A stretch of DNA of 63,614 nucleotides, the filler included, from Octopus bimaculoides (lineage: Eukaryota): NCBI RefSeq assembly GCF_001194135.2. It is 5 parts of 5 records of this genome, joined end to end, with 100 filler letters (N's around TTAATTAATTAA, not from the genome) between each part and the next. Parts side by side here need not be neighbours in the genome. Positions count along the whole stretch, not along the records: positions 59,947 to 63,614 come from NC_068982.1; 4 more parts are not named here. One strand, given 5' to 3'. The notes under the pieces are model-generated. The model was given only the letters and a program-made list of their open reading frames with translations, was not told the DNA's origin and made no database searches. The first letter of the stretch is position 1; each line of letters begins with the position of its first letter. Shown here one piece after another: positions 62,690 through 63,614 of this stretch. The position numbers and the translations under genes were made by a program.

Positions 62690-63354
62690 NNNNNNNNNNN
62701 NNNNNNNNNNNNNNNNNNNNNNNNNNNNNNNNNNNNNNNNNNNNNNNNNNNNNNNNNNNNNNNNNNNNNNNNNNNNNNNNNNNNNNNNNNNNNNNNNNNN
62801 NNNNNNNNNNNNNNNNNNNNNNNNNNNNNNNNNNNNNNNNNNNNNNNNNNNNNNNNNNNNNNNNNNNNNNNNNNNNNNNNNNNNNNNNNNNNNNNNNNNN
62901 NNNNNNNNNNNNNNNNNNNNNNNNNNNNNNNNNNNNNNNNNNNNNNNNNNNNNNNNNNNNNNNNNNNNNNNNNNNNNNNNNNNNNNNNNNNNNNNNNNNN
63001 NNNNNNNNNNNNNNNNNNNNNNNNNNNNNNNNNNNNNNNNNNNNNNNNNNNNNNNNTATATATATATAAACGTAGATACATCCGTATGAATTACAATATT
63101 ATATATTACTGAAGAACTTGCTTAGTCGTACTTCCGGTACAAATGAGCATTAGAAGGTGCGTTGGGGTAGCAAATATTTCAAAATAGTGGATTCAATTAT
63201 GACATAAATAAACAATTAATACTTGATTGCTTAATTATATATCTGTTGGAGACGTGAACAGTATTCGTTTAATGATTTCTCATTTCTACACCCCCACTAA
63301 ATCAATATATAGCATAGGGAGGGATATAAGCGTGTGTGTGTGTGTCTGTACAAG

Positions 63355-63398
<44 letters not shown>

Positions 63399-63614
63399 AT
63401 TGAACAGACAGACCACAACAAGGAGAAAAAGTTAGACGAAAGCAGAGCAAACAGGAAACAAGACGAAGACTTAACGGACGAAGAATATAGACAAAGACAC
63501 GATACACGGAATGTTCGCAACTGAGTTTTCCTCGTCAGTCAATGACCAAAATATCATCGTGGCTTCGTACCATTATCATTCATATATATATACATACATA
63601 TATATATATATATA

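Noticed and set aside
63515-63545. CTGACGA on the minus strand in a Penelope-looking repeat
   Set aside because: No GAAA follows. The sequence folds as a simple ACTGA/TCAGT hairpin.

Overview
This is a eukaryotic, AT-rich, microsatellite-dense scaffold with many N gaps. Its SINE families point to a cephalopod, most likely Octopus (inference). One clear protein-coding gene lies on the + strand: a three-exon BTB/POZ-BACK protein (BTBD17-like, 470 aa; CDS 20040-20257, 22483-22581, 25215-26310; GT-AG introns, both phase 2). The rest is largely mobile DNA: three or more tRNA-derived SINE families, RTE and R4/Dong LINE remnants, mariner/Tc1, pogo, piggyBac and hAT-type MITEs, and a Helitron-like remnant. 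The most notable signal outside the ORF track is a set of short Penelope-like repeats carrying minimal type I hammerhead ribozyme motifs. One has an intact core 18 nt into the first coding intron (antisense to the gene), two sit in a tail-out inverted dimer at 46.9-47.1 kb, and a decayed one from a second family is at 5.4 kb. Hammerheads in Penelope-like elements are known in general; these copies are identified by eye only. Other leads are a candidate orphan exon on the - strand at 48.6 kb, an apparent CpG mosaic that may outline transcription units, and a possible MATH-like C-terminal domain in the BTB protein. Most repeat boundaries are approximate, and family names come from recalled motifs, not database searches.
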